This document shows, piece by piece, positions 18,888 through 27,293 of a stretch of 64,000 nucleotides of DNA. Numbering within the stretch: position 1 is the stretch's first letter; every line of letters starts with the position of its first letter. The position numbers were made by a program, and so were the translations under genes. Below the pieces are notes generated by a model, which saw only the letters and a list, made by a program, of their open reading frames with translations, did not search any database and was not told the origin of the DNA. Source of the stretch: an uncultured Gammaproteobacteria bacterium (GTDB taxonomy: Bacteria; Patescibacteriota; Microgenomatia; Levybacterales; GWA1-39-11); NCBI GenBank assembly GCA_964531275.1, contig CAZHDZ010000002.1, positions 122,180 to 186,179 of the forward strand, written 5' to 3'.

Positions 18888-19355
18888 ATGGGTAAAATGC
18901 TAGAAGATTTACAAAAATTTCTTGTTAAAGCAAAAACAAAAGGTTATGCTTCGTCGGGAGAATCTGGTGCCGTTGTTGAAAATGACATGTCAAAATCCAC
19001 ACGCTTTTTCGAAGGTAGTTATTCACTTCATGATAATTGGTTTGGCGGTGAGCCTTTCGGTGGCCGTGAGGTCGTTTGGAAAGACGAAAAGCCACATTGG
19101 ATGATGGTTTATTATGGTCATGATACAGGTATCGCAAAAGATTTAATACCATTTCTGATAAAGTGTCTTTCTCAAATACCAGAGGACATGCCCTTAAGAG
19201 GGCCAAGAGAGTTCTCCGAAGATGACTTTAGATATTTTAATACTTGGCATGGGACTTTAGAGGCCTTTAATGGAGAAGAGAAAATATTCTACAAAGGCGA
19301 GGAGGCCTATTCAGCGCGTTACGCTGGTGGTCTTGTTGACCAAAGAAAAGACTAA
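18888..19355 (+). CDS. DUF5680-like protein
   Basis: FLVKAK.KGYA, DNWFGGEPFGGREVVW, WMMVYYG, PLRGP, F.GEEKI and YAGG. Confidence 0.75.
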   Translation: MGKMLEDLQKFLVKAKTKGYASSGESGAVVENDMSKSTRFFEGSYSLHDNWFGGEPFGGREVVWKDEKPHWMMVYYGHDTGIAKDLIPFLIKCLSQIPEDMPLRGPREFSEDDFRYFNTWHGTLEAFNGEEKIFYKGEEAYSARYAGGLVDQRKD

Positions 19356-19407
19356 TTCTTACACTCCTTTTACTACTCGTTTACATTCTTCTGATACCCT
19401 TCATTCT

Positions 19408-19797
19408 GTGAATAAAAAGTTTTCAAAAATTGCATCAGTAATATCCGATATTATCGGTAGCCCATCCGCTTTTCTAGTAGCTGGATGTGCAATAACCGTA
19501 TGGCTCTTCTCGGGTCCTTTTCTGCAATTTTCCGACACCTGGCAACTTATCGTTAACACCTCAACTACCATCATTACCTTCCTTACTGTCTTTTTAATCC
19601 AACACACACAGAATAAGAATGACCGAGCAACTCAATTGAAATTAGATGAGATCTTGCATTCAATTACTAATGCACGTAATGATTTTATCGACTTGGAAGA
19701 AGTATCGGAGGAAAGATTAAAAAAACTGAGGCAGGAATACAAAAATATTAAGAAAAAAGAGCCTAAGTATAGCAAAAAACTAAAATCGAGGATATAA
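19408..19797 (+). CDS. Low-affinity iron permease (Fet4-like) family protein
   Basis: GPFLQFSDTWQLIVNTSTTIITFL.VFLIQHTQN..D.A.QLKLDE. The GTG at 19408 is preferred. Confidence 0.88.
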   Translation: MNKKFSKIASVISDIIGSPSAFLVAGCAITVWLFSGPFLQFSDTWQLIVNTSTTIITFLTVFLIQHTQNKNDRATQLKLDEILHSITNARNDFIDLEEVSEERLKKLRQEYKNIKKKEPKYSKKLKSRI

Positions 19798-19809
19798 AAA
19801 GTGCTCCGC

Positions 19810-19839
19810 TTGACATATTATAGGACTAATATATATAAT
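19810..19839 (+). promoter_or_regulatory. Sigma70-type promoter of the monooxygenase
   Basis: TTGACA (19810) - 18 nt - TATAAT (19834). Confidence 0.7.
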
Positions 19840-19858
19840 ACGCACTTGGCTTCAAAAT

Positions 19859-21202
19859 ATGGAACAAAAACACGTTGTTATTGCTGGTGCAGGAATTACT
19901 GGTTCTTATTTGGCAATAAGGCTATCTGAGAAGGGATATAAGGTGACTTTACTCGAGAAGCTTTCAAAGAAAGAAATACTCTCATCCGCATCCAAAAGAT
20001 CTTACAATTTAACCCTTTACGGTTATGCTCTTGATTTGCTTAAAAAAGCAGGCATTTGGAATGAAATCAAAACTCAAGTAATTCCACTTAAGGGCTCTGT
20101 CACTCAGTTGCCCTATTCACAAAAAACAATTACTTCAACAAATGATTCAAAAAAAGCACCTTATTATGCAATTTCGCGCTCTAACCTTCTTCTTATCCTC
20201 TTAGATAAGGCATTGGAGAAGAATAATGTCAAGGTTCTTTTCAGTTCAACACTTATTTCGGCAAATTCCTCTGCTCATACTGTTACATACAGAAATAGTG
20301 TGGGAAGAACTGTGAATGTCTCATGTGATTTTGTTGCGGGTTGTGATGGCGTAAATTCAAAGCTTAGAGAGTTCGTATTGAAAAATACAAAAGGTTCTCT
20401 TTCTAAAGAGTACTCGAGTTGGGTTTACCAACAGATTATTTTTACAAAAGATAAGGCTACCAAACTAAAGTTGCTTCCAAATTATGCATATACATGGAGC
20501 AGTAAGAATACAGTCATTGCTTCATTTCCTAATAAGGATGAATCGGTTACGGCTCTTCTCATTTATCCGTCAGAGAAAAGACCTACTTTTAGAGTATTTA
20601 AGAAATTATTTCCTTCTCTTTCTTCAATTGAGCTTGAGTTCGAACAGGCAGAAGACTCTACTGAGGGTAGATTTGTAACTCTCCACTCAACAAGTTGGTC
20701 CTTTAAAGAATTTATGGTTATTCTTGGTGATGCTGCACATGGATTCAATCCCTTTTTTGGGCAAGGAATATCAGCAGGGATGGGGGATGTACAGTCATTA
20801 CTAGAGGCAATTGACTCTAGTACAAATCTTGAGGTAGCATTTGATCGATTTGTTGAGATCAGAAAACTACAGATGGACGCTTTGGGCGAGTTGTCTAAGG
20901 AGGGATTCGAGAGATATAGAAGAGATAAATTGGCAGATTATGAAGTTATATATGACCGGATTGAGTCTTTGCTACATATGTATTTGCCACAATACATTGC
21001 ACCACCGATTTTTGAGTCTATATCCCAAAATCCTGGGTTTGCGCATACATATTTACAAAAAAGAATTAGTCAAAGGAATTTCTTAAATATGCTTGGCATG
21101 AGCGTGGCAGTGAAAACGATAATATTTCTGTTAGTTCTAAAGGAAAATTTTAGAAGCATAAAGCTTCCAACGCCGTCTCTTCAGTTGGAACGGAATGCAT
21201 AA
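19859..21202 (+). CDS. FAD-dependent monooxygenase, kynurenine 3-monooxygenase-like
   Basis: GAGITG, RSYNLTL, GCDGVNS and LGDAAH...PFFGQG motifs. Confidence 0.8.
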   Translation: MEQKHVVIAGAGITGSYLAIRLSEKGYKVTLLEKLSKKEILSSASKRSYNLTLYGYALDLLKKAGIWNEIKTQVIPLKGSVTQLPYSQKTITSTNDSKKAPYYAISRSNLLLILLDKALEKNNVKVLFSSTLISANSSAHTVTYRNSVGRTVNVSCDFVAGCDGVNSKLREFVLKNTKGSLSKEYSSWVYQQIIFTKDKATKLKLLPNYAYTWSSKNTVIASFPNKDESVTALLIYPSEKRPTFRVFKKLFPSLSSIELEFEQAEDSTEGRFVTLHSTSWSFKEFMVILGDAAHGFNPFFGQGISAGMGDVQSLLEAIDSSTNLEVAFDRFVEIRKLQMDALGELSKEGFERYRRDKLADYEVIYDRIESLLHMYLPQYIAPPIFESISQNPGFAHTYLQKRISQRNFLNMLGMSVAVKTIIFLLVLKENFRSIKLPTPSLQLERNA

Positions 21203-21251
21203 AAATGGCTAGTTGTGTCATAAGCAATTTGATGAGACGATACTTCATGTA

Positions 21252-22955
21252 ATGAGCCAAGAGCCAGCTGAAGAATTCACTTTTCGAAATCTTTTTATTC
21301 CACTCACAACAACAAAAATTATTGCCTTTATTTCAATAATTGCTGTCCTAGTCTACTCTCCGGTCTTTCTGAATGGCTTTATTGCAGACGACTATTATTT
21401 GGTTGTTAATAATCCCCTCATACAGAGATTCTCCAACTTTACACATTTCTTTACAAATAGCTTTGGACTCATTGGAGGTTCGCCAACTGGAATTTATTAT
21501 CGCCCAATTATGTCTCTCCATTTTGCAATCGTCTATCATTTTTTTGGGGCCAATCCATTCTTCTTTCATTCTTTTCAGTTAGTTCTTCATGTAATAAATA
21601 GTCTTCTTTTATTCAGCTTTTTTAGAAGTTTTTTTACCCGCTCAATTGCTTTTGTGATGGTGTTAATTTTTGTGATTCATCCACTTAATGTAGAAACTGT
21701 TGCTTATATTTCTGCGTCACAGGATATTTTTTTTGTTACTTTTGGTTTGTTAGCGCTTAACGTTTCTACTCTCAAATTTAAATACCGTTTCATAATTGTT
21801 CCTGCTCTCCTTTTACTCAGTGTCCTTTCCAAGGAAACCGGAGTACTTTTTACCCTGTTCTTGCTGGGTCTGGCTTTTATGAAAGAAAGGAATTCTTTAA
21901 AGAAATATTCACTTGGGCTTGCTGTTGTGGGGGCAATTTATGTTGTTCTTCGCTTCTTGATCGCAAAAATTGGTTTTGCACATACTCCTCCGACTGCCAT
22001 TGGAGATTTAAGTTTAGTTGCTCGAGTAGAAAATATTCCTAAAATTTTTTTCTACTACATCTCGAACTTTGTTTGGCCTCAAAATTTAGTAATGCCTCAA
22101 GGGTGGGTAATAACGGAAAGGACTATCTCAAATTTCCATTTCCCCCTTGTAGTTGATAGCTTGTTGATTGCATTCATTCTTTACATGCTTATATTGCTCA
22201 GAAAGTCAAAAATGTTCAGATTGTATATCTTATTTTTGGCAATGTTCATCTTTGGCATGTTCTTTCATATGCAATTATTTCCTCTTGATATGACAGCGTC
22301 AGATCGTTGGTTTTATTTTCCCTTCATCGGAATTCTAGGAATGATTGGGGTTATGCTTAATAGTTTAAATACATTTTGGAGAAAAATTTGTATTATCTTA
22401 ATCCTAATTATTTCCTTAGCTTTGAGTGTTTCAACTTTTAAACGTGCTAGCTTGTGGAGAGATGGCTTAACTCTTTGGTCTCATGACATAAAGATTTCAA
22501 AGAACAATCCCGAAATTGAAAATGCTTATGGCTTTGCATTAATTGAGAATAAACAGTATCGTCAAGGTCAAATACATCTAGAGAGGGCTGTAAGGTTGTA
22601 TCCAAACGCGTCTTCGTGGACTAATTTGGGTGTTGCTCTGAGTATGCAAGGTGAGACCGATAGGGCTATTAGCTCGTTTAAGAAAGGCGTTGAGTACGGC
22701 AATTATTATTTAGCTTATGAGAACTTGGCGATTCAACTAGGAAAATCGAAAAGTCCTGAAGCACTCGCTTTTGCCGAAAAAGCTCTTGAGAAGTATCCGT
22801 TCAGCTCTAGGTTATGGCTTGTAAAATCTGTTTTGGAAAGTGAAGCCGGCAATAGTAGGGAGGCTTTTAGAGCAATCGAAAAGTCAGTTCGTTTCGGACG
22901 TAATCCACAAAACATAGAAATTTATAATCTATTGAAGCGCACTTACAATTACTAG
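21252..22955 (+). CDS. TMTC-like GT-C membrane glycosyltransferase with C-terminal TPRs
   Basis: GFIADD, YYRP, IHPLNVETVAYIS, LSKE and DRWFYFP, followed by TPR-like helices. Confidence 0.8.
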   Translation: MSQEPAEEFTFRNLFIPLTTTKIIAFISIIAVLVYSPVFLNGFIADDYYLVVNNPLIQRFSNFTHFFTNSFGLIGGSPTGIYYRPIMSLHFAIVYHFFGANPFFFHSFQLVLHVINSLLLFSFFRSFFTRSIAFVMVLIFVIHPLNVETVAYISASQDIFFVTFGLLALNVSTLKFKYRFIIVPALLLLSVLSKETGVLFTLFLLGLAFMKERNSLKKYSLGLAVVGAIYVVLRFLIAKIGFAHTPPTAIGDLSLVARVENIPKIFFYYISNFVWPQNLVMPQGWVITERTISNFHFPLVVDSLLIAFILYMLILLRKSKMFRLYILFLAMFIFGMFFHMQLFPLDMTASDRWFYFPFIGILGMIGVMLNSLNTFWRKICIILILIISLALSVSTFKRASLWRDGLTLWSHDIKISKNNPEIENAYGFALIENKQYRQGQIHLERAVRLYPNASSWTNLGVALSMQGETDRAISSFKKGVEYGNYYLAYENLAIQLGKSKSPEALAFAEKALEKYPFSSRLWLVKSVLESEAGNSREAFRAIEKSVRFGRNPQNIEIYNLLKRTYNY

Positions 22956-23335
22956 TCATTTAAAACCTCAGGCAATTCTGCCTCGATTGGATAAAAGCGT
23001 ATTGAAAGCGAATTAACGCAGTGCCTGGTATCTTTTTCGGTAAGTTCTTCTCCTTCAAAAACATGTCCTAAATGGCCTTCACAATTAGCACATCTAATTT
23101 CTGTTCTTTGGCCGTCTTCATCCTCTACTCTTTTTACTGCGTCAGGGAAGTTCTCATCAAAAGCTGGCCAACCACACCCAGCATCAAATTTACTCTTTGA
23201 GGAAAAGAGTGGTGCGTTACATCTTCGACACACAAATGTCCCATCCTTGAAAAAGTCATCATATTCTCCTGTGAACGGCCGTTCTGTTCCTTTAAATTCT
23301 ATGACGTCTTGTTCTTCATTTGAAAGCGTGTTCAT
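22952..23335 (-). CDS. msrB: Methionine-R-sulfoxide reductase
   Basis: GTERPFTG, CRRC, KFDAGCGWPAF, CANC, GHLGHVF and RHCVNS. Confidence 0.96.
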   Translation of the reverse strand: MNTLSNEEQDVIEFKGTERPFTGEYDDFFKDGTFVCRRCNAPLFSSKSKFDAGCGWPAFDENFPDAVKRVEDEDGQRTEIRCANCEGHLGHVFEGEELTEKDTRHCVNSLSIRFYPIEAELPEVLND

Positions 23336-23371
23336 GTACTCATTGTACAGTTTTGGGCGCTTAAATTATAG

Positions 23372-23653
23372 TTACAGAGTCTTTGCGATTTTATCAGTTT
23401 CGTCTTTAGCTCTGTATACAGTTTTCTCGCCATCCTCAATTGCTTCATCAACCTTCTTGTGGACTGCTTCTACGTCTTTCTTTTTTGAGTCCATCATATC
23501 CATTGCATGTTCTCGTGCATCATGGAGGGTACTTAGGACCTTTTCTCTAGTTTTTTTATCGGACAGAGCTACAGTTGCTGCAGTTACTCCTGCTCCTATT
23601 ACGGCTCCGGCGATACCTGCTGCAACAGTTATATTATTATTTGGTTTATTCAA
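23372..23653 (-). CDS. Small membrane-anchored coiled-coil protein (YtxH/general-stress-like)
   Basis: N-terminal AAGIAGAVIGAGVTAA anchor and charged tail; GGAGGTGA SD upstream of a TTG start. Confidence 0.7.
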   Translation of the reverse strand: MNKPNNNITVAAGIAGAVIGAGVTAATVALSDKKTREKVLSTLHDAREHAMDMMDSKKKDVEAVHKKVDEAIEDGEKTVYRAKDETDKIAKTL

Positions 23654-23754
23654 AATTATTCACCTCCATTCTTTTTACTATGCTACGTTCTTAGTGTAAA
23701 AATTCATGTAAATATATGTAATAGAGGTGTAAGGATGCCTGATATAATAATTAC

Positions 23755-24852
23755 ATGCAGCGAATATTATTGATTCTTAGTTTCTTACTACTGTCCTTCT
23801 TCTTTGCGCCTCAAGTGTTGGCCCAAAGCGATTTTTCTGAAAAGCGATTTGAAGGTACTATTATCGCAATCGCCGAAACAAGCAGAATAATAGAGGCCAA
23901 TGGCAATGCGCATCCATACCAGCGCCTGAAAGTTCTTGGTACTTCGGGCGAATTTAAAGGTAAGACGTATGAAGTAGAAAACGGTTCTTATAACCAGTCC
24001 GGGGTGGTATCCTACTCGGTTGGTGACAAAGTTCTTCTTTCTGCACAAAAAGATGTATCAGGAAGAACAACAATATTTATTAATGATTACGTAAGGCGCG
24101 GCCCTCTCTATCTGCTTGCAGCAATATTTATTGTCCTTGCGATAGTTATTGGTGGAAAACGTGGAATTTTTTCTTTAGTTGGTCTTATCCTTACTTTTGT
24201 CTTGATTTTTACGTTTGTACTTCCTGCAATCTCTTCCGGACAAAATCCAATAGTAATATCAATCATAGCCTCAATTGTAATTGTGCCCGTTACCTTTATT
24301 TTGTCGCATGGGGTTAACAAAAAAACTTTTTGTGCTATTTTCTCAACATTTATAGTTCTTGTTATTACCGCTATTCTCTCCCAGATATTTATTGGCGCAA
24401 CACATCTTTCCGGTTTTTCCTCCGATGAAGTCTCTTTTCTAAATACAATAAAAAAAGGAATGGTGGATGCAAAAGGATTACTCTTTGCAGGTATTTTAAT
24501 AGCCTTATTGGGGATTTTGGATGACATTACAATTGCTCAATCAGCAATCGTATTTCAACTCAAAAAAGCAAATCAAGAGCTAGGATTCCTTGAACTTTTT
24601 AAAAGGGCTATGGACGTAGGACGAGATCATATATCTTCTATGGCAAGTACGTTAATTCTTGTGTATGCAGGTGCGTCCCTACCTCTTCTTTTGCTTTTTA
24701 TAAATAGCCCTCTCCCCTATGAGCAGGTAATAAATTATGAAATTATTGCTGAGGAAATAGTTAGAACTTTAACTGCAAGTATTGGACTTATTTTAGCCGT
24801 ACCTATAACAACACTACTTACTGCCCTTGTTGCTTCGCAAAGAGCTAAATAA
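23755..24852 (+). CDS. YibE/F family membrane protein
   Basis: DYVR, LGILDDITIAQ, VGRDHISSM..TL.LVYAGASLP and EEIVRTL.ASIGL..AVP. Confidence 0.92.
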   Translation: MQRILLILSFLLLSFFFAPQVLAQSDFSEKRFEGTIIAIAETSRIIEANGNAHPYQRLKVLGTSGEFKGKTYEVENGSYNQSGVVSYSVGDKVLLSAQKDVSGRTTIFINDYVRRGPLYLLAAIFIVLAIVIGGKRGIFSLVGLILTFVLIFTFVLPAISSGQNPIVISIIASIVIVPVTFILSHGVNKKTFCAIFSTFIVLVITAILSQIFIGATHLSGFSSDEVSFLNTIKKGMVDAKGLLFAGILIALLGILDDITIAQSAIVFQLKKANQELGFLELFKRAMDVGRDHISSMASTLILVYAGASLPLLLLFINSPLPYEQVINYEIIAEEIVRTLTASIGLILAVPITTLLTALVASQRAK

Positions 24853-25147
24853 TCTTAATTAGCGAACCCTTTTTAATTTTAAGTTTTTTTATATTCCCTT
24901 GCGGCATTTCCAGAACCCCATTGTATACTGGATTCCACAGATACAGCTTGTTGGGCGTTAGACTTTCCTTACATGCCACCACTTTTCCATCACTATCAAC
25001 AATTGCTACATCAATAGGATATTTCATAAAGAATGTATGTATTCCGAAATGAGTTTTAAAATAAATTGCGACTGGTTTTTTTGAAGTTAGCAGACCTTCG
25101 CTTTTTTCTTTCCAGGAATGTAACTTTTTTGCCTTAATTTTAATCAT
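24845..25147 (-). CDS. DUF192 family protein
   Basis: GLL, IHTFFMKYPIDV and VLEMP.G. The ATG at 25147 is preferred. Confidence 0.85.
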   Translation of the reverse strand: MIKIKAKKLHSWKEKSEGLLTSKKPVAIYFKTHFGIHTFFMKYPIDVAIVDSDGKVVACKESLTPNKLYLWNPVYNGVLEMPQGNIKKLKIKKGSLIKII

Positions 25148-25335
25148 TCTTACAGCTCCCATGATACGATATAGGATATGCAATTAGTAGATGACGTTTT
25201 TAGCGAAGCGAACATGTGAGGGAGCCAAAAACATCCCAACTCACTCTAGCACAGACAAGAATTGTTGCTTTGATTTAATCATAGCTTCAGTCACATGTTA
25301 TAATATAGGATATGCAATTAGTTGACGATGTATTT
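25130..25335. repeat. Diverged direct repeat (~70 bp, offset ~134) of the DUF192/obg divergent promoter with both gene starts
   Basis: CATGATACGATATAGGATATGCAATTAGTAGATGACGTTTTT (25160) vs CATGTTATAATATAGGATATGCAATTAGTTGACGATGTATTT (25294). Upstream mini-ORF MQLVDDVFSEANM* at 25178-25219. Confidence 0.85.
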
Positions 25336-26277
25336 ATCAATGTAAAAGCTGGTAATGGTGGAAATGGTGCCACTGTTACAAAGCAGATGTATGCATCCAA
25401 AAAAACTATGCCCGACGGTGGTAATGGTGGCAATGGGGGCAATGTTTTCTTTAAGGCTGATGCCAATATCTCGGACCTTTCTCAATTCCAGTTCAAAAAG
25501 AAAATAAGAGGTATTGATGGGGTCTCTGGGTTAAATAAGGATTTAGATGGAGCAAACGGCGAGGATATTACTGTTCTTGTGCCATTTGGGACTAACATTT
25601 TTAATGAAGATACTAAGGAACATGTCGAATTGACCACAGATTTACCCTTTTGTGTTGCTTTTGGAGGAACCGGAGGAATGGGAAATCATGATTTCAAGCC
25701 AGATATAAAGACTTTTTCGCCTCGTCAACATTTAGGCACGATGGGGGATGATTTTAGACTACATTTAGTTCTTAATCTTATTGCTGATATTGGACTCGTT
25801 GGATTTCCAAATGCTGGAAAAAGCTCTCTTTTAAAAGCGTTAACCAATGCAACACCTAAAATTGGCGACTATCCCTTTACAACTCTTGATCCAAATTTGG
25901 GGGTTTTTGAAAAACTAGTTATTGCAGATGTACCCGGACTTATTGAGGGAGCATCAGGCGGTAAAGGACTAGGTATAAAATTTCTAAAGCATATTAAAAA
26001 AACTAAGCTTCTACTCCATTGTGTTGCTGCCACAGAAGACGACCCTTATAAGACATATATGACAATACGAAATGAATTTAAGGAATTTGATTCTTCTTTG
26101 CTTGAAAAGGAGGAAGTAATCCTTCTTACTAAAAGCGATCTTATTAGTGAAGGTGAGGTTGAAGTAAAACTTAAATCCCTTAAGAAAGCAAAAAAACCTG
26201 TTCTTGCGGTTAGTGTTTATGAAGAAGAGGCTCTTGCCGCAGTACGTCACCAACTACTAACTTCTCTTAAACCGTAA
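25312..26277 (+). CDS. obgE: GTPase Obg/CgtA (no C-terminal OCT domain)
   Basis: Gly-rich Obg fold (AGNGGNG, PDGGNGGNGG), GFPNAGKS, YPFTT, DVPG and TKSD. Confidence 0.96.
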   Translation: MQLVDDVFINVKAGNGGNGATVTKQMYASKKTMPDGGNGGNGGNVFFKADANISDLSQFQFKKKIRGIDGVSGLNKDLDGANGEDITVLVPFGTNIFNEDTKEHVELTTDLPFCVAFGGTGGMGNHDFKPDIKTFSPRQHLGTMGDDFRLHLVLNLIADIGLVGFPNAGKSSLLKALTNATPKIGDYPFTTLDPNLGVFEKLVIADVPGLIEGASGGKGLGIKFLKHIKKTKLLLHCVAATEDDPYKTYMTIRNEFKEFDSSLLEKEEVILLTKSDLISEGEVEVKLKSLKKAKKPVLAVSVYEEEALAAVRHQLLTSLKP

Positions 26278-26312
26278 TTATTAGCTACCAACCACCGATC
26301 ACCATCCACTAA

Positions 26313-26345
26313 TTCAGTTTTCTTTCAGTCCTTTTCTGATAGAAT
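26313..26345 (+). promoter_or_regulatory. Candidate OmpR-family binding site plus extended -10 upstream of the response regulator
   Basis: TTCAGT at 26313 and 26324 (11-bp period), then TGATAGAAT 7 nt before the ATG at 26353. Confidence 0.5.
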
Positions 26346-26352
26346 ATTCCCG

Positions 26353-27021
26353 ATGCGGATTTTAATTGTTGAGGACGAACAAAAAATAGCCAATTCCCTA
26401 AAGAAAGGTTTTGAGCAAGAATCATATGCGGTTGATGTTACGTATGACGGACGTGATGGATATGAAATGGCAATATCTGAAGAGTACGACGTAATAATTT
26501 TAGATAGACTTATGCCAAAAATGAGTGGTATCGAGCTTTGTAAGAAGCTCCGGGAAGAAAAAAATCATACTCCTATTATTATGTTGACAGCACGCGGGGA
26601 AGTTGATGATAAAGTAGAAGGTCTTAACGCCGGAGCGGATGACTATCTTCCGAAGCCATTTGCATTTGCGGAGCTTCTGGCTCGTGTGAGAGCTGTCTCG
26701 CGGCGTCCAAAAGCTGCTGTCGCCTCAGTTCTCCAGGTCGGTGACTTGACACTTGATTCTGTGACATTCGAAGCTGTTAGGGGGAAAATTAGAATTAGTC
26801 TTTCTAGCAAAGAGTATGCACTTCTAGAATATCTCATGCGGCATAAAGGCAAAGTAGTTAAGAAAGAGCAAATAATGACCCATGTATGGAATTATGATGC
26901 AGACGTGATGCCCAATTCAGTTGAGGTTTATATAACACATTTGAGAAACAAGATTGATAAACCTTTTGTTGGACGAGAGCTAATTACTACGGTTAGAGGT
27001 TTTGGTTATAAAATCGGATAA
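26353..27021 (+). CDS. OmpR/PhoB-family response regulator
   Basis: VEDE, LDRLMP, GADDYLPKPF and winged-helix TVRGFGY. Confidence 0.96.
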   Translation: MRILIVEDEQKIANSLKKGFEQESYAVDVTYDGRDGYEMAISEEYDVIILDRLMPKMSGIELCKKLREEKNHTPIIMLTARGEVDDKVEGLNAGADDYLPKPFAFAELLARVRAVSRRPKAAVASVLQVGDLTLDSVTFEAVRGKIRISLSSKEYALLEYLMRHKGKVVKKEQIMTHVWNYDADVMPNSVEVYITHLRNKIDKPFVGRELITTVRGFGYKIG

Positions 27022-27026
27022 ATTAG

Positions 27027-27293
27027 ATGTTTCACAACGCTAGATTACAACTCACTGCCTGGTATTTGATAAGCGTAGCCAAGCAAATAAATTAATATGT
27101 TTCACAACGCCAGATTACAATTAACGGCATGGTATTTGCTTAGTGTAACGAAGCAAATAAATATGTTCCATAACGCTAGACTACAACTATCGGCATGGTA
27201 TTTGCTTATGATCAAGGACAAAGCAAATACTAACTATTAAATATGTTCCATAACGCAAGACTTCAATTAACGGCATGGTATTTGCTTATGATC
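27027..27293 (+). repeat. Four tandem copies of the histidine-kinase 5' end (three as short upstream ORFs)
   Basis: ATGs at 27027, 27097, 27163 and 27243 each read MFHNARLQL(T/S)AWYL. Confidence 0.95.

Noticed and set aside
27027-27293. Diversity-generating retroelement TR/VR pair
   Set aside because: Differences are synonymous and not adenine-specific, they lie at the N-terminus, and no reverse transcriptase is present.
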